Source: Clostridiales bacterium
GTDB taxonomy: Bacteria > Bacillota > Clostridia > Christensenellales > Aristaeellaceae
Assembly (NCBI GenBank): GCA_015056085.1
Contig: SVHA01000006.1
Coordinates: forward strand, 11,729 to 75,728
Direction: 5' to 3'
Length of the DNA stretch: 64,000 nucleotides
The notes under the pieces are model-generated. The model was not told where the DNA came from, ran no database searches, and worked only from the letters and a program-made list of their open reading frames with translations. Made by a program: the position numbers and the translations under genes. Below are positions 33,140 to 43,226 of the stretch, one piece after another; the first letter of the stretch is position 1; every line of letters begins with the position of its first letter.

Positions 33140-33907
33140 TTATGCCTGGTTGATGTCTTCGTCCTGTGCCCGCTTGAGGGCGGCAAAGTGCCACCGCTGC
33201 TCCTTGTCCCGGGGGGCGTCGAGGCTGCTGTTGCCAAAGACGGATATGTTTTCAAATCCTGCCTGACGCAGCAGTTTCGTCAGGGAAGGAATGGTGTGGG
33301 CCTTCTGCTTCTGCTCCTCGTCAATGCGGCGATAAGTGCCGTCCTTCTGCTTCACAAAGAAGCACAGGTGCATTTCCACTGTAGCAGAGGATTCGTGATA
33401 CTGATTCTGCCACATATAGGTGATGTTCTCGCTGTCCTCGCAGATGAGGCGGTCGCCCAGGGTGTTTTGCAGCTTGTAGGGCGTAGACACATCAAAGAAC
33501 AGTGCGCCGCCGGGGCGAAGGGCATTGAAGGCCGAGCGGAAGAACGCCAGCACATCCTCCTCCGTCAGCAGGTAGTTCACGCCGTCGCAGGTGGCCAGCA
33601 CCGCATCCATGGGGCGGTGGAGGTGCAATTGCCGCATATCCTGCCGCACATAGGGGATGCCCATGCCGTTGCTGCGGGCCTTCTGGGCGGCAATCCAGAG
33701 CATTTCCTGGCTCAAATCCACGCCCGTCATCTGGAAACCCTTTCGGCACAGCGGCAGCGTCAGGCTGCCCGTTCCGCAGGCGCATTCGCAGACCTTGCCG
33801 CCCCTGATGCCATAGGCGGCCATCATGGCGGCGTAGAAATCCGCCCATTTTTCATAGTTGACGTCCTGCATCAGGTCGTCGTAAATCTCAGCAAACCCTG
33901 TGTACAT
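33140..33907 (-). CDS. Class I SAM-dependent methyltransferase
   Basis: Motif I VCECACGTGSLTLPL and the post-I acidic residue in GVDLSQEM. Confidence 0.85.
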   Translation of the reverse strand: MYTGFAEIYDDLMQDVNYEKWADFYAAMMAAYGIRGGKVCECACGTGSLTLPLCRKGFQMTGVDLSQEMLWIAAQKARSNGMGIPYVRQDMRQLHLHRPMDAVLATCDGVNYLLTEEDVLAFFRSAFNALRPGGALFFDVSTPYKLQNTLGDRLICEDSENITYMWQNQYHESSATVEMHLCFFVKQKDGTYRRIDEEQKQKAHTIPSLTKLLRQAGFENISVFGNSSLDAPRDKEQRWHFAALKRAQDEDINQA

Positions 33908-33950
33908 TCTTGATTCTGCCTTTTCTTGTGTTGATTTGTCCGGGGGTGCG

Positions 33951-34126
33951 TCACGGCGTATGGTGCGGGGGATTCCGGCGCACCCTGGCGCCGATGCGGC
34001 CCGCTTCCTGGGCCGTCAGCCCCGCCCAGCCGGATTCTTTCAGCCGGGGCAGGAGCATCAGTGCCTCCGCCGCTTCATACTTGCGCTTATCCTTTGGCGG
34101 CAGCGCCCATGCTTTCCATGATTTCA
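33951..34126 (-). pseudogene. Split mini-gene: 22-aa ORF (34126-34058) and 35-aa ORF (34058-33951) joined at UGAUG; together they resemble a small alpha/beta-type SASP-like protein
   Basis: Hand translation gives MKSWKAWALPPKDKRSMKRRRH*, then in the other frame (AQYEAAEAL)MLLPRLKESGWAGLTAQEAGRIGARVRRNPPHHTP*. AGGAGG lies 8 nt before ATG 34126. A single frameshift near 34085 would fuse them. Confidence 0.3.
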
Positions 34127-34177
34127 TTCAGGGTGCCTCCTGCTTTTTTCGTGCAGGATGCCCCTGAAAACGCCGGG

Positions 34178-35119
34178 TTATGCGCCGATTTCGCTGTCAT
34201 CCTCGTCGTCTTCGTCGTCATCATCATCCGTCTGGGTACGCAGGCCGCGGTTGATCACGGCGCCGGGAATCTTGCTGTTGATGAACCTGTCGAACACGCC
34301 GTTTGTAACGCTGGCGGTGACAAATCGGCTCAGGCCAAAGCCGCAAATGGCATAATACAGGCACAGACCCAGCACCGCATAGAGCATATTCCAGTAGGTC
34401 GCCACCAACAGGGCGATCAGCAGCGGCACGCAGTGGAGCAGCCGCATTCCGGCGCTCACCGGCAGGCGGCCCAGCGCCAGCAGGAGACCGTTTTTGATCA
34501 GGTCCTTCATCTTCAGCTTGTAGGAGACCATCAGCGGATACAGATACGTCACCGTCAGGCTCCACACAAGGCCCAGCATCAGCACCAGTGCGCCGGGGGC
34601 GATCATGAAGGGGGATTGCGCTGCCAGAGAACTGTAATACGTCCAGCCGCTGAAAACCACAAAGGGCAGCACCGCCGTGATAAGGGACACCACCAGACCC
34701 TGCTTCCAGTTGGCTTTGACGGCATCCTTGAAGTCAGCCCAGGCAAAGGCGTGCTCGTCCCTGGCCCAGTTGCGGGTGACATAGGCCACGCCGGCGGTGA
34801 AGGGCCCGGTGATGGCGATGCAGGGGATCAGCAGCAGCGACACCGAGTGGGCGAAGGAATAAATCAGCTCCGAGGGGGACGCCGTCAGTTCTTCGGGCGT
34901 GCCCAGGCTGGTGGTCAGGCTGGTGAAACTCATGGCCAGCACGATGATGGCCGGCAGCCACACTAACGCATACATCATGTTCAGCCGCACCAGCCCGGAA
35001 AAGCGTATGCGCAGCATTTCAAAGAACAGCTGCCATCTTGTTTCCGGCAAGTCATCGGGGGTATAATCAGCCTTGCCGCTCTTGCCGTAGAAAAAGGAAT
35101 TCATCCATTTCCGGAGCAT
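34178..35119 (-). CDS. YesL/DUF624 family membrane protein with poly-acidic C-terminal tail
   Basis: Start ATG 35119 (MLRKWMNSFFYGKSG) follows AGGAGG. Polytopic. Tail TQTDDDDDEDDEDDSEIGA. Confidence 0.65.
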   Translation of the reverse strand: MLRKWMNSFFYGKSGKADYTPDDLPETRWQLFFEMLRIRFSGLVRLNMMYALVWLPAIIVLAMSFTSLTTSLGTPEELTASPSELIYSFAHSVSLLLIPCIAITGPFTAGVAYVTRNWARDEHAFAWADFKDAVKANWKQGLVVSLITAVLPFVVFSGWTYYSSLAAQSPFMIAPGALVLMLGLVWSLTVTYLYPLMVSYKLKMKDLIKNGLLLALGRLPVSAGMRLLHCVPLLIALLVATYWNMLYAVLGLCLYYAICGFGLSRFVTASVTNGVFDRFINSKIPGAVINRGLRTQTDDDDDEDDEDDSEIGA

Positions 35120-35312
35120 AAGGGTTTTTCCTCCTGTGATCGTGCTTGGATGGGCACACCCCATCAGTTTATTATACCATATCACCGGGAAAATGCAACG
35201 AAAAAAAGCCGGAAGGCGGCGCCTGTGAAGAAGCGGCATAGATAAAGAAGGGATGATTCTGTTGAGGCGGGGCGAAACGGCGAATTTTCCTCCGTCTCCG
35301 GGGCCAAAAGCC

Positions 35313-35342
35313 TTGACAATGTTGCGTTTGGGGATATACAAT
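35313..35342 (+). promoter_or_regulatory. Candidate promoter of prfC
   Basis: TTGACA (35313-35318), an 18-nt spacer, then TACAAT (35337-35342). The ~80-nt leader contains the hairpin ccccg-cttcaaa-cgggg. Confidence 0.45.
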
Positions 35343-35424
35343 AAATCGTCTGGGGGTTTCCCTCAGTCGTTGTTTGAGTTGTCCTTCCCCGCTTCAAACG
35401 GGGAGTTGACCACAGGAGGTATGA

Positions 35425-37041
35425 ATGCTCCCTTCCACTGATTCTCAGGCCTTCCGGGACCTGCTCCATCAGCAGGTGGAGAAGCGCCGCACCTTTGCCA
35501 TCATTTCCCATCCCGACGCAGGTAAGACGACCCTGACCGAAAAGCTGCTGCTTTACGGCGGAGCCATCCGCTCTGCCGGCAGCGTCAAGGCCCGCAAGAC
35601 GGACAAGCACGCCACCTCCGACTGGATGGAGATTGAAAAGCAGCGCGGCATTTCCGTCACGTCCTCTGCCATGCAGTTTGAGTTTGACGGCTTCCGCATC
35701 AATATTCTGGACACCCCCGGCCATCAGGACTTCTCCGAGGACACCTATCGTGTGCTGGTGGCGGCGGATGCTGCCGTCATGCTCATTGACGCCGCCAAGG
35801 GCGTGGAAGCCCAGACCATCAAGCTGTTCAAGGTCTGCCGGATGCGCAACATCCCCATCTTTACCTTCGTGAACAAGATGGACCGTGCCGCCAAGGATCC
35901 CTTTGCCCTGATGGAAGAACTGGAACAGGTGCTGGGCATCCGTTCCTGCCCCATCAACTGGCCCATCGGCGTGGACGGCGACTTCCAGGGCGTGTATCAC
36001 CGGGATACCAGGCTGATTGAACTCTACACCGGCGGCAACCATGGCCAGAGCCGGGTGGAAAAGACGGTCATCGCCAAGGACGATCCGGCGTTGGAACATA
36101 TCCTCGCCAAGCACTACCGGGACCGCCTGGACGAAGAAGTCGAACTGCTGGATGAAGCCGGCGACGCCTTTGATCTGGACGCCGTGCGCCGGGGCGAACT
36201 GACGCCCATGTTCTTCGGCTCTGCCGTGACCAACTTCGGCGTGGAGCCCTTCCTGGAGCGCTTCCTGCAGTATACGCCGCCGCCTCTGTCCCGCCTGAGC
36301 GATCAGGGCGACATAGGCCCGGAAGAGCCTTATTTCTCCGGCTTTATCTTCAAGATTCAGGCCAACATGAATCCCGCCCACCGGGACCGCCTGGCCTTTA
36401 TGCGCATCGTGTCCGGCGCCTTTGAAAAGGGCATGGACGTGTGGCATTCCGGCTCGGGCAAGCAGGTCAACCTCAAGCAGCCCCAGCAGTTCATGGCGGA
36501 CGAACGGGAAGCGGTGGAGGAAGCCTGGGCCGGCGACATCATCGGCCTGTTCGACCCCGGCATCTATCAGCTGGGCGACACCCTGTCCACCGGCCCCAAA
36601 CTGCACTATGAAAACATCCCCGTGTTCGCCCCTGAATTCTTCAACCGGGTGCGTCCGCTGGATTCCATGAAGCGCAAGCAGTTCCAGAAGGGCATCACCC
36701 AGCTGGCGGAAGAAGGCGCCATCCAGACCTTCATCCGCACGGAAACCGGCCGGGAGGAATTCATGGTCGGCGTGGTGGGCGTCTTGCAGTTCGAAGTGCT
36801 GGAACACCGCCTCAAGACGGAGTATCAGGTGGATATCGTCATGGAAGGGATGCCCTTCCGCTTCGTGCGCTGGGTGGTCAACACCCCCAAGCCTGTGGAG
36901 AACCTGAAACTGACCTCCTCTTCCGGCCGGGCCAAGGACAGCCGGGGCCGGGATGTGCTGCTGTTTGAAAACGAGTGGTCCATCCGCCTGGCCGGCGAGA
37001 ACAATCCTGGGCTGGAACTGTCCGACACCGCCAGCCGCTGA
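35425..37041 (+). CDS. prfC: Peptide chain release factor 3
   Basis: RRTFAIISHPDAGKTTLTEKLL is the G1 motif, DTPGHQDF is G3, and the length is typical of RF3. Confidence 0.95.
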   Translation: MLPSTDSQAFRDLLHQQVEKRRTFAIISHPDAGKTTLTEKLLLYGGAIRSAGSVKARKTDKHATSDWMEIEKQRGISVTSSAMQFEFDGFRINILDTPGHQDFSEDTYRVLVAADAAVMLIDAAKGVEAQTIKLFKVCRMRNIPIFTFVNKMDRAAKDPFALMEELEQVLGIRSCPINWPIGVDGDFQGVYHRDTRLIELYTGGNHGQSRVEKTVIAKDDPALEHILAKHYRDRLDEEVELLDEAGDAFDLDAVRRGELTPMFFGSAVTNFGVEPFLERFLQYTPPPLSRLSDQGDIGPEEPYFSGFIFKIQANMNPAHRDRLAFMRIVSGAFEKGMDVWHSGSGKQVNLKQPQQFMADEREAVEEAWAGDIIGLFDPGIYQLGDTLSTGPKLHYENIPVFAPEFFNRVRPLDSMKRKQFQKGITQLAEEGAIQTFIRTETGREEFMVGVVGVLQFEVLEHRLKTEYQVDIVMEGMPFRFVRWVVNTPKPVENLKLTSSSGRAKDSRGRDVLLFENEWSIRLAGENNPGLELSDTASR

Positions 37042-37073
37042 TCTCCCCACACAGACATCAAGGAGATGGAAAC

Positions 37074-38900
37074 ATGATTCGAGAAGACATCCGCAATATT
37101 GCCATTATCGCCCACGTGGATCACGGCAAGACCACCTTGGTGGACCAGCTGCTCAAGCAGGGCGGCATCTACCATGAAAACCAGCAGACCGTGGACCGTG
37201 TGATGGACTCCGGCGACATTGAGCGGGAACGCGGCATCACCATTCTGGCTAAGAACACGGCGGTTCACTACAACAACCACAAGATCAACATTGTCGACAC
37301 CCCCGGCCATGCCGATTTCGGCGGCGAGGTGGAGCGTGTGCTGAAGATGGTGGACGGCGTGCTGCTGCTGGTGGACTCCTTTGAAGGCCCCATGCCCCAG
37401 ACCCGCTTCGTGCTGAAAAAGGCGCTGGAACTCAAACTGAAGGTGCTCATCGTCATCAACAAGATTGACCGTCCCGACGCCCGCTGCGAAGAGGTGGTCA
37501 ACGAGATTCTGGACCTGCTGATTGACCTGGACGCCGACGAGGACACGCTGGATAACCCCATCCTGTATGTGTCTGCCCGCCGGGGCATCGCCACCACCGA
37601 CCTGAACGTGCCCGGCACCGACCTGCGTCCCCTCTATGACGCCATCCTCAAGTACATTCCCGCCCCCGAAGGCGATCCTGAAGGCCCTGCCCAGGTGCTG
37701 GTTTCCACCATCGACTATTCCGAGTATGTGGGCCGCATCGGCGTGGGCCGTGTGGTGCGGGGCACCTTCCGGGAAGGCATGAACGTGGTGTACACCAATC
37801 TGGAAACGGGCAAGACCTCGCCCCAGTGGCGGCTGTCGGGCCTGTTCCAGTATGACGGCCTCAAGCGTGTGCCCGCCAAGGAAGTGGGCATGGGAGACAT
37901 CGTGGCCCTGTGCGGCGCCGAGGACATTTCCATCGGCGACACTGTGTGCGTGCCCACCTGCGTGGAGGGTCTGCCCTTTGTGAAGATTTCCGAGCCCACC
38001 GTGACCATGACCTTCCAGGTCAACGATTCCCCCTTCGCCGGCCGGGAAGGCGACTATGTCACCAGCCGCCATCTGAGGGCCCGCCTGATGCGGGAACTGC
38101 AAACGGACGTCTCCCTGCGGGTGAACGACACCGAATCCACCGACGCCTTTGAGGTGTGCGGACGTGGCGAACTGCATCTGTCCATCCTGATTGAGAATAT
38201 GCGCCGTCAGGGCTATGAATTTGCCGTGTCGAAGCCCCAGGTTATCTACAAGGAAATCGACGGCGTGAAGTGCGAGCCCATCGAGCGCCTGGTGGTGGAT
38301 ACTCCCCAAGCCAGCGCCGGTGCGGTGATTGAAAAGATCGGCCGCCGCAGGGGCGTGCTGGAGCATATGTCCGGCATGGACCGTGTGCGCCTGGAATTCC
38401 TGGTACCCTCCCGTGGCCTGTTCGGCTATCGCAGCGAATTCATGACCGACACCCGTGGCGAAGGCATCATGTCCAGCGTGTTTGAGCGCTATGAGCCCGT
38501 CAAGGGCGACATCCCCCACCGCAACGCCGGTGCGCTGATCTGCTTTGAATCCGGCACGTCCACCTCTTACGGCCTGTTCTATGCCCAGGAGCGCGGCACG
38601 CTGTTCATCGGCGCCGGTCAGGAAGTGTATCAGGGCATGATCTGCGGTCAGAATGCTCATCCCATGGACCTGCCGGTCAACGTGTGCAAGCAAAAGCACG
38701 TCACCAATATGCGCAACGCCTCCGCTTCCGAAGACACCATGCGCCTGATTTCCGTGCATCCCCTGTCTCTGGAGGAGTGCCTGGAATTCATTGATGATGA
38801 CGAGCTGCTGGAAATCACCCCCAAGACCCTGCGGATGCGCAAGAAGATCCTCGATCACAACCTGCGTGCCCGGGCCAACCGTCCGTCCAATCAGCAATGA
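37074..38900 (+). CDS. typA: Translational GTPase TypA/BipA
   Basis: IRNIAIIAHVDHGKTTLVDQLL and DTPGHADFGGEVER. Start ATG 37074 follows AAGGAG. Confidence 0.95.
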   Translation: MIREDIRNIAIIAHVDHGKTTLVDQLLKQGGIYHENQQTVDRVMDSGDIERERGITILAKNTAVHYNNHKINIVDTPGHADFGGEVERVLKMVDGVLLLVDSFEGPMPQTRFVLKKALELKLKVLIVINKIDRPDARCEEVVNEILDLLIDLDADEDTLDNPILYVSARRGIATTDLNVPGTDLRPLYDAILKYIPAPEGDPEGPAQVLVSTIDYSEYVGRIGVGRVVRGTFREGMNVVYTNLETGKTSPQWRLSGLFQYDGLKRVPAKEVGMGDIVALCGAEDISIGDTVCVPTCVEGLPFVKISEPTVTMTFQVNDSPFAGREGDYVTSRHLRARLMRELQTDVSLRVNDTESTDAFEVCGRGELHLSILIENMRRQGYEFAVSKPQVIYKEIDGVKCEPIERLVVDTPQASAGAVIEKIGRRRGVLEHMSGMDRVRLEFLVPSRGLFGYRSEFMTDTRGEGIMSSVFERYEPVKGDIPHRNAGALICFESGTSTSYGLFYAQERGTLFIGAGQEVYQGMICGQNAHPMDLPVNVCKQKHVTNMRNASASEDTMRLISVHPLSLEECLEFIDDDELLEITPKTLRMRKKILDHNLRARANRPSNQQ

Positions 38901-38970
38901 TATTTCCCGGCGCTGCCATCCCTGACAGGGGAGGGTGGGCCGGGCTTTTGTCAAAAAGGAGGTACATCTG

Positions 38971-40209
38971 ATGAACTGGCAAATCGCTGTGATGATCGTT
39001 TTCACCCTGGCTACTGCCTTTGATCTGACCCTGACGGTGCTCAGGATGCGTTCCTGTGCCCGGCCCATCCCGGAAAACGTGAAGGACATCTACGACGAAG
39101 AAACCTATACCCGCTGGCGGGCTTACACTGCTGAAAAGAGCCGCCTGTCGGTGGTATCTTCCCTTGTGCAGTTTGTGGTGATGGTGGTGCTGCTGCTCAG
39201 CGGTGCTTATGCCGCCTTTGCCCGGCTGTTCCCTGCTGACCCCATCCTGCAGCTGACGGCTGTGCTGCTTCTGCAGGCCGTGGCGGAAACCGTGGCCAGC
39301 CTGCCGCTGAACTACATCGACACCATGCGGATTGAAGAGAAGTACGGCTTCAACCGCAGCACGAAGAAGACCTTCTACATCGATCAGGTGCGGGGCTTCA
39401 TCATGAACTTCGCCCTCAGCGCTGTGCTGATGTATATGTTCCTGCTGGCCCATACCGCCCTGGGCGACGGCGTGCTGATTCTCTTCACCGCCGGTATGCT
39501 GGCCTTCTCCCTGCTGATCACCTTCCTGTATCCCTTCTTCAGCCGCCTGGGCAACAAGTTCACCCCTCTGGAAGAAGGCGAACTGCGTACCCGCCTGACG
39601 GAGATGCTCACCTCCCACGGCTACCGCATCCGGGATATCAAGGTGATGGACGCCTCCCGGCGCACCACCCGCAGCAATGCCTACTTCACCGGCTTTGGCG
39701 CCACCAAGACCATCGTGCTGTATGACACGCTGCTTTCCAGCATGACCACCGATGAAATCTGCGCCGTGTTCGCCCACGAACTGGGCCACGGCCTGTATCG
39801 CCACACCCTCAAGCGCCAGATTCTCTCCACGCTGCAAATGCTGCTCATCGGTGCGCTGATCTGGCTGAGCGTGTCCGTGCCGGCAGTGTACACCGCCTTC
39901 GGGTTTGACGGGGTGAACTACGGCTTTGCCTACATCCTGCTGGGTACCTGCCTGCTGCCCCTGTTCCAGCCCCTGTTCAGCGTGCTGTTCAACTATGTCT
40001 CCCGCCTGCATGAGTATCAGGCGGACCGTCAGGCCGTTAAGGAAGGCTGCGGCGAGGCGCTGGCTTCCGGCCTGAAGGTGCTGGCCCGGGAGAATTTCTC
40101 CCACCTGTCTCCCCATCCGCTGCTGGTGGCGCTGGAGTATTCCCATCCGCCCATGCACCTGCGCCTGAAGGCCATTGAGGACGCCCAGGCTCAGCAGACG
40201 GCGGAATAA
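38971..40209 (+). CDS. M48 family metallopeptidase (Ste24/HtpX-like)
   Basis: HELGHGLYRH is the HExxH motif in a polytopic membrane protein. AAGGAGG lies 8 nt before ATG 38971. Confidence 0.85.
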   Translation: MNWQIAVMIVFTLATAFDLTLTVLRMRSCARPIPENVKDIYDEETYTRWRAYTAEKSRLSVVSSLVQFVVMVVLLLSGAYAAFARLFPADPILQLTAVLLLQAVAETVASLPLNYIDTMRIEEKYGFNRSTKKTFYIDQVRGFIMNFALSAVLMYMFLLAHTALGDGVLILFTAGMLAFSLLITFLYPFFSRLGNKFTPLEEGELRTRLTEMLTSHGYRIRDIKVMDASRRTTRSNAYFTGFGATKTIVLYDTLLSSMTTDEICAVFAHELGHGLYRHTLKRQILSTLQMLLIGALIWLSVSVPAVYTAFGFDGVNYGFAYILLGTCLLPLFQPLFSVLFNYVSRLHEYQADRQAVKEGCGEALASGLKVLARENFSHLSPHPLLVALEYSHPPMHLRLKAIEDAQAQQTAE

Positions 40210-40240
40210 AGCCCATTTCCCTGCGGAAGAAGGTATCGCT

Positions 40241-41509
40241 ATGATTGCAGAAATCCTCTGTATCGGCACGGAATTGCTGATGGGCCAGGTGCTCAACACC
40301 AACGCCCAGTTTCTCTCCCGGCGCCTCAGCGCCCTGGGCGTGAGCCAGTACCATCAGACGGTGGTGGGGGATAACCCTCATCGACTGGAAGAAGCCTATC
40401 GCCTCGCCCTGTCCCGGGCGGATGTGGTCATCACCTCCGGCGGCCTGGGCCCCACGGTGGATGACATCACCAAGCGCATTGCTGCGGGCATCGCCGGCAA
40501 GGAACTGGTGCTCTTCCCCGAAGCCGAAGAGATGGTGCGCACCCGGTTTCAGCAACTGCACCGGGAACTGACGCCCAACAACCTCTCTCAGGCCATGTTC
40601 ACGCCGGATTCCACCCTGCTGCTCAACCCCAACGGCACCGCCCCTGGCGCCATTGTGCCCATGGGCGAAGGCAAGGTGGTCATCCATCTGCCCGGCCCGC
40701 CGGCGGAACTGCAGCCCATGTTTATTTCCCAGGTGGAGCCCTGGCTGTCCCGCCAGTCCGGCAAGGTGCTGGTGAGCCGGTATATCTCCATCTTCGGCAT
40801 GGGCGAGGCGGAGGTGGACCAGCGCCTGTCCGATCTGGAACAGGTCTTTAACCCCTCCCTGTCCCCCTATTGCTCTTTGGCGGAAGTGCAGCTTCGGGCC
40901 ACTGCCTGCGCTGATACCCCGGAAGAAGCCGAGAACCTGCTGGCGCCGCTGGTGGAGGAAGTCCGCCGCCGTCTGGGGGATGTGGTCTATGCCGTGAGCG
41001 ATGACGACGGCATGACGCTGGCTGCTGCCGCTGTGGGCGCCCTGAAGGAAAAGGGCTGGACCGTCGCCACGGCGGAAAGCCTCACCGGCGGCATGATTTC
41101 CGCTGCCATGGTGGATATTTCCGGCGCTTCCTCGGTGGTCAGGGGCGGATTTGTCACCTATCAGACCGATACCAAGACGCTGCTGGTGGATGTGCCCGCT
41201 AAAACCATCGAAGACTGCAATGTGGTCAGCGCCGAAGTGGCTCTGGCCATGGCCAAGGGCGCCCGAAGCAAACTGGACACCGACATTGCCGTGAGCGCCA
41301 CGGGCCTTGCCGGCCCCGACGGCGGCACGCCGGAGCGCCCCGTGGGCACGGTATATGTGGGCATTGCCACAAGGGACAATGCCTTCGCCCTGCACCTGCC
41401 CCTGTCCGGCAACCGGGCCCGCATCCGTACCGTGGCCATGAAGCACGCCCTCAACGCCCTGCGGCTCACCGCTCTGGGCAAGGAAGTGCCCAAGGTCGCC
41501 GGCGGCTGA
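40241..41509 (+). CDS. cinA: Competence/damage-inducible protein CinA (MoCF-binding domain plus PncC-type NMN amidohydrolase domain)
   Basis: MIAEILCIGTELLMGQVLNTNAQFLS and C-terminal VSATGLAGPDGGTPERPVGTVYVGIA. Confidence 0.9.
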   Translation: MIAEILCIGTELLMGQVLNTNAQFLSRRLSALGVSQYHQTVVGDNPHRLEEAYRLALSRADVVITSGGLGPTVDDITKRIAAGIAGKELVLFPEAEEMVRTRFQQLHRELTPNNLSQAMFTPDSTLLLNPNGTAPGAIVPMGEGKVVIHLPGPPAELQPMFISQVEPWLSRQSGKVLVSRYISIFGMGEAEVDQRLSDLEQVFNPSLSPYCSLAEVQLRATACADTPEEAENLLAPLVEEVRRRLGDVVYAVSDDDGMTLAAAAVGALKEKGWTVATAESLTGGMISAAMVDISGASSVVRGGFVTYQTDTKTLLVDVPAKTIEDCNVVSAEVALAMAKGARSKLDTDIAVSATGLAGPDGGTPERPVGTVYVGIATRDNAFALHLPLSGNRARIRTVAMKHALNALRLTALGKEVPKVAGG

Positions 41510-41527
41510 TCATTTCCAAAATGAAGG

Positions 41528-41562
41528 TGCCCTCCCTGCTTTTTTGCGGGGAGGGTGTTTTC
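41528..41562. terminator. Bidirectional intrinsic terminator
   Basis: ccctccctgc-tttttt-gcggggaggg followed by tgttttcgtgcttt. Lies between convergent cinA and the TetR gene. Confidence 0.75.
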
Positions 41563-41568
41563 GTGCTT

Positions 41569-42132
41569 TCAGACAGATAAAAAGAAATAATCGGTAATCG
41601 TTTCGGCGGATTCCTTCATGCCGTGAGCCACCCACCAGCGGACGGTTTCCACAAAGGTGGCGGCGATGTGATCCCGCCAGAAATCATCGGGCAGGCGGTC
41701 GCTTTTTCTGCCGGAGAAGCGGGCCAGCTGACTGTCCGCCAGATGGGCAAAGTTGCTCTTGAAGCAGCGGAAAAACAGGTCGTTGTTCTGCCCGGACAGC
41801 AGGCGCAGGATGTTGTGGTCGTTCTTTTGCAGGTGGCGGAACAGGTGCAGGAACACGCAGGGCGGCGCATCGCAGTTAAAAATGTGGCGATGGTCTGGGT
41901 GCTGACCATCCATGGCGTCAGCGATGTGGCAGAAAAGCTCGTCGGACAATGCCTTCAGCAGATCATCCTTGGTTTCAAAGTGGGCATAGAAGGTAGCCCT
42001 GCCCACATCCGCCTTATCGATGATCTCGCTGACGGTGATGCGGTCAAAGTCCTTCTTCGAAAGCAGGTCGGTGAAGGCCTCAAAGATGGCCTCCCGCGTC
42101 CGGCGCTGGCGTCTGTCCATGGCGTCCTCCAT
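41569..42132 (-). CDS. TetR/AcrR family transcriptional regulator
   Basis: ITVSEIIDKADVGRATFYAHFETKDDLL is the HTH. Only the C-terminal third of ORF-track entry 41569-43236 is real. Start is ATG 42132 or 42120. Confidence 0.85.
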   Translation of the reverse strand: MEDAMDRRQRRTREAIFEAFTDLLSKKDFDRITVSEIIDKADVGRATFYAHFETKDDLLKALSDELFCHIADAMDGQHPDHRHIFNCDAPPCVFLHLFRHLQKNDHNILRLLSGQNNDLFFRCFKSNFAHLADSQLARFSGRKSDRLPDDFWRDHIAATFVETVRWWVAHGMKESAETITDYFFLSV

Positions 42133-42279
42133 ACAAATCGGCGGATTTGTTCCGTATCGTACACGGCGGGGCGTTTGCCTGTTGAAAAAGGCAGCCGTTG
42201 CCTGTATGATATGGAACAGAGAGTTCGGTACAGAACTGATTGTACCGCAAAACGCTGTTTCTGACAAGGGGAGGTCACC

Positions 42280-43188
42280 ATGAAAACGGATAGAAACATT
42301 CTCGCCGCCTTTGTGCTGAATCTGGCCTTTGCCGTCTTTGAGATGTTCGGCGGGCTGTTGACCGGCAGCGTGGCCGTGCTGTCGGACGCTCTGCATGATT
42401 TGGGGGATTCGATGAGCATCGGCGTTTCCTGGGCGCTGGAAAAGAAGAGCAAGCGCCCACCGGATGAATCCCACACCTACGGCTACGCCCGGTATTCCGT
42501 GCTGGGCAGCATCCTCACCACGTTGATTCTGCTGGTGGGCTCGGCGGTGGTCATCCTCCACGCCGTCAGCAGAATCATCCACCCTGCCGAAGTGCACACC
42601 ACCGGCATGATGATCTTTGCGCTGGTGGGCATCAGCGTGAACTTCGTGGCGGCATGGTGCACCCGCAAGGGCGATTCCCTCAACCAGAAGGCCGTCAACC
42701 TGCACATGATGGAGGACGTGCTGGGCTGGGCGGCGGTGCTGGTGGGCGCCGTGGTGATGCACTTCACCGGCTTTGGGCTGATTGACCCGCTGATGTCCAT
42801 CGCTGTGGCGGTGTTCATCCTGATTCATGCTGCCAGTGGGCTGAAAGCCGCCCTTGATCTGTTCCTGATGAAAACGCCGGAGGGTATGCCTGCTGACCAC
42901 GTCCGGGAACACCTGATGGCTCTGGACGCCGTGGAGGATGTGCATCACCTCCACCTGTGGAGCATGGACGGCGTGCACGGGTATGCCACGCTCCACGCTG
43001 TCATCAGCGGGGACGCCGCTGATGTAAAAAAGCGCATCCGGGAAGAGATGCACCATCTGGGTGTGCACCATGTGACGGTGGAGGTGGAATCCCCCGGAGA
43101 AATCTGCCCGGAGCGGGAATGTCAGCCGCTGTGCACAGATGCGGGGCACCATCACCATCATCACCACCACCATCATCATCACGGATAA
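42280..43188 (+). CDS. Cation diffusion facilitator transporter (CzcD/ZitB-like) with a 12-His C-terminal tail
   Basis: AVLSDALHDLGDSMS and NLHMMEDVLGW are CDF signatures. C-terminus GHHHHHHHHHHHHG. Divergent from the TetR gene. Confidence 0.9.
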   Translation: MKTDRNILAAFVLNLAFAVFEMFGGLLTGSVAVLSDALHDLGDSMSIGVSWALEKKSKRPPDESHTYGYARYSVLGSILTTLILLVGSAVVILHAVSRIIHPAEVHTTGMMIFALVGISVNFVAAWCTRKGDSLNQKAVNLHMMEDVLGWAAVLVGAVVMHFTGFGLIDPLMSIAVAVFILIHAASGLKAALDLFLMKTPEGMPADHVREHLMALDAVEDVHHLHLWSMDGVHGYATLHAVISGDAADVKKRIREEMHHLGVHHVTVEVESPGEICPERECQPLCTDAGHHHHHHHHHHHHG

Positions 43189-43189
43189 C

Positions 43190-43226
43190 AAAAAAGTCAC
43201 CCTTGCGAGGCAAAGGTGACTTTTTG
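43190..43226. terminator. Bidirectional intrinsic terminator
   Basis: aaaaaagtcacccttgc-gag-gcaaaggtgacttttt, between convergent genes. Confidence 0.85.
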
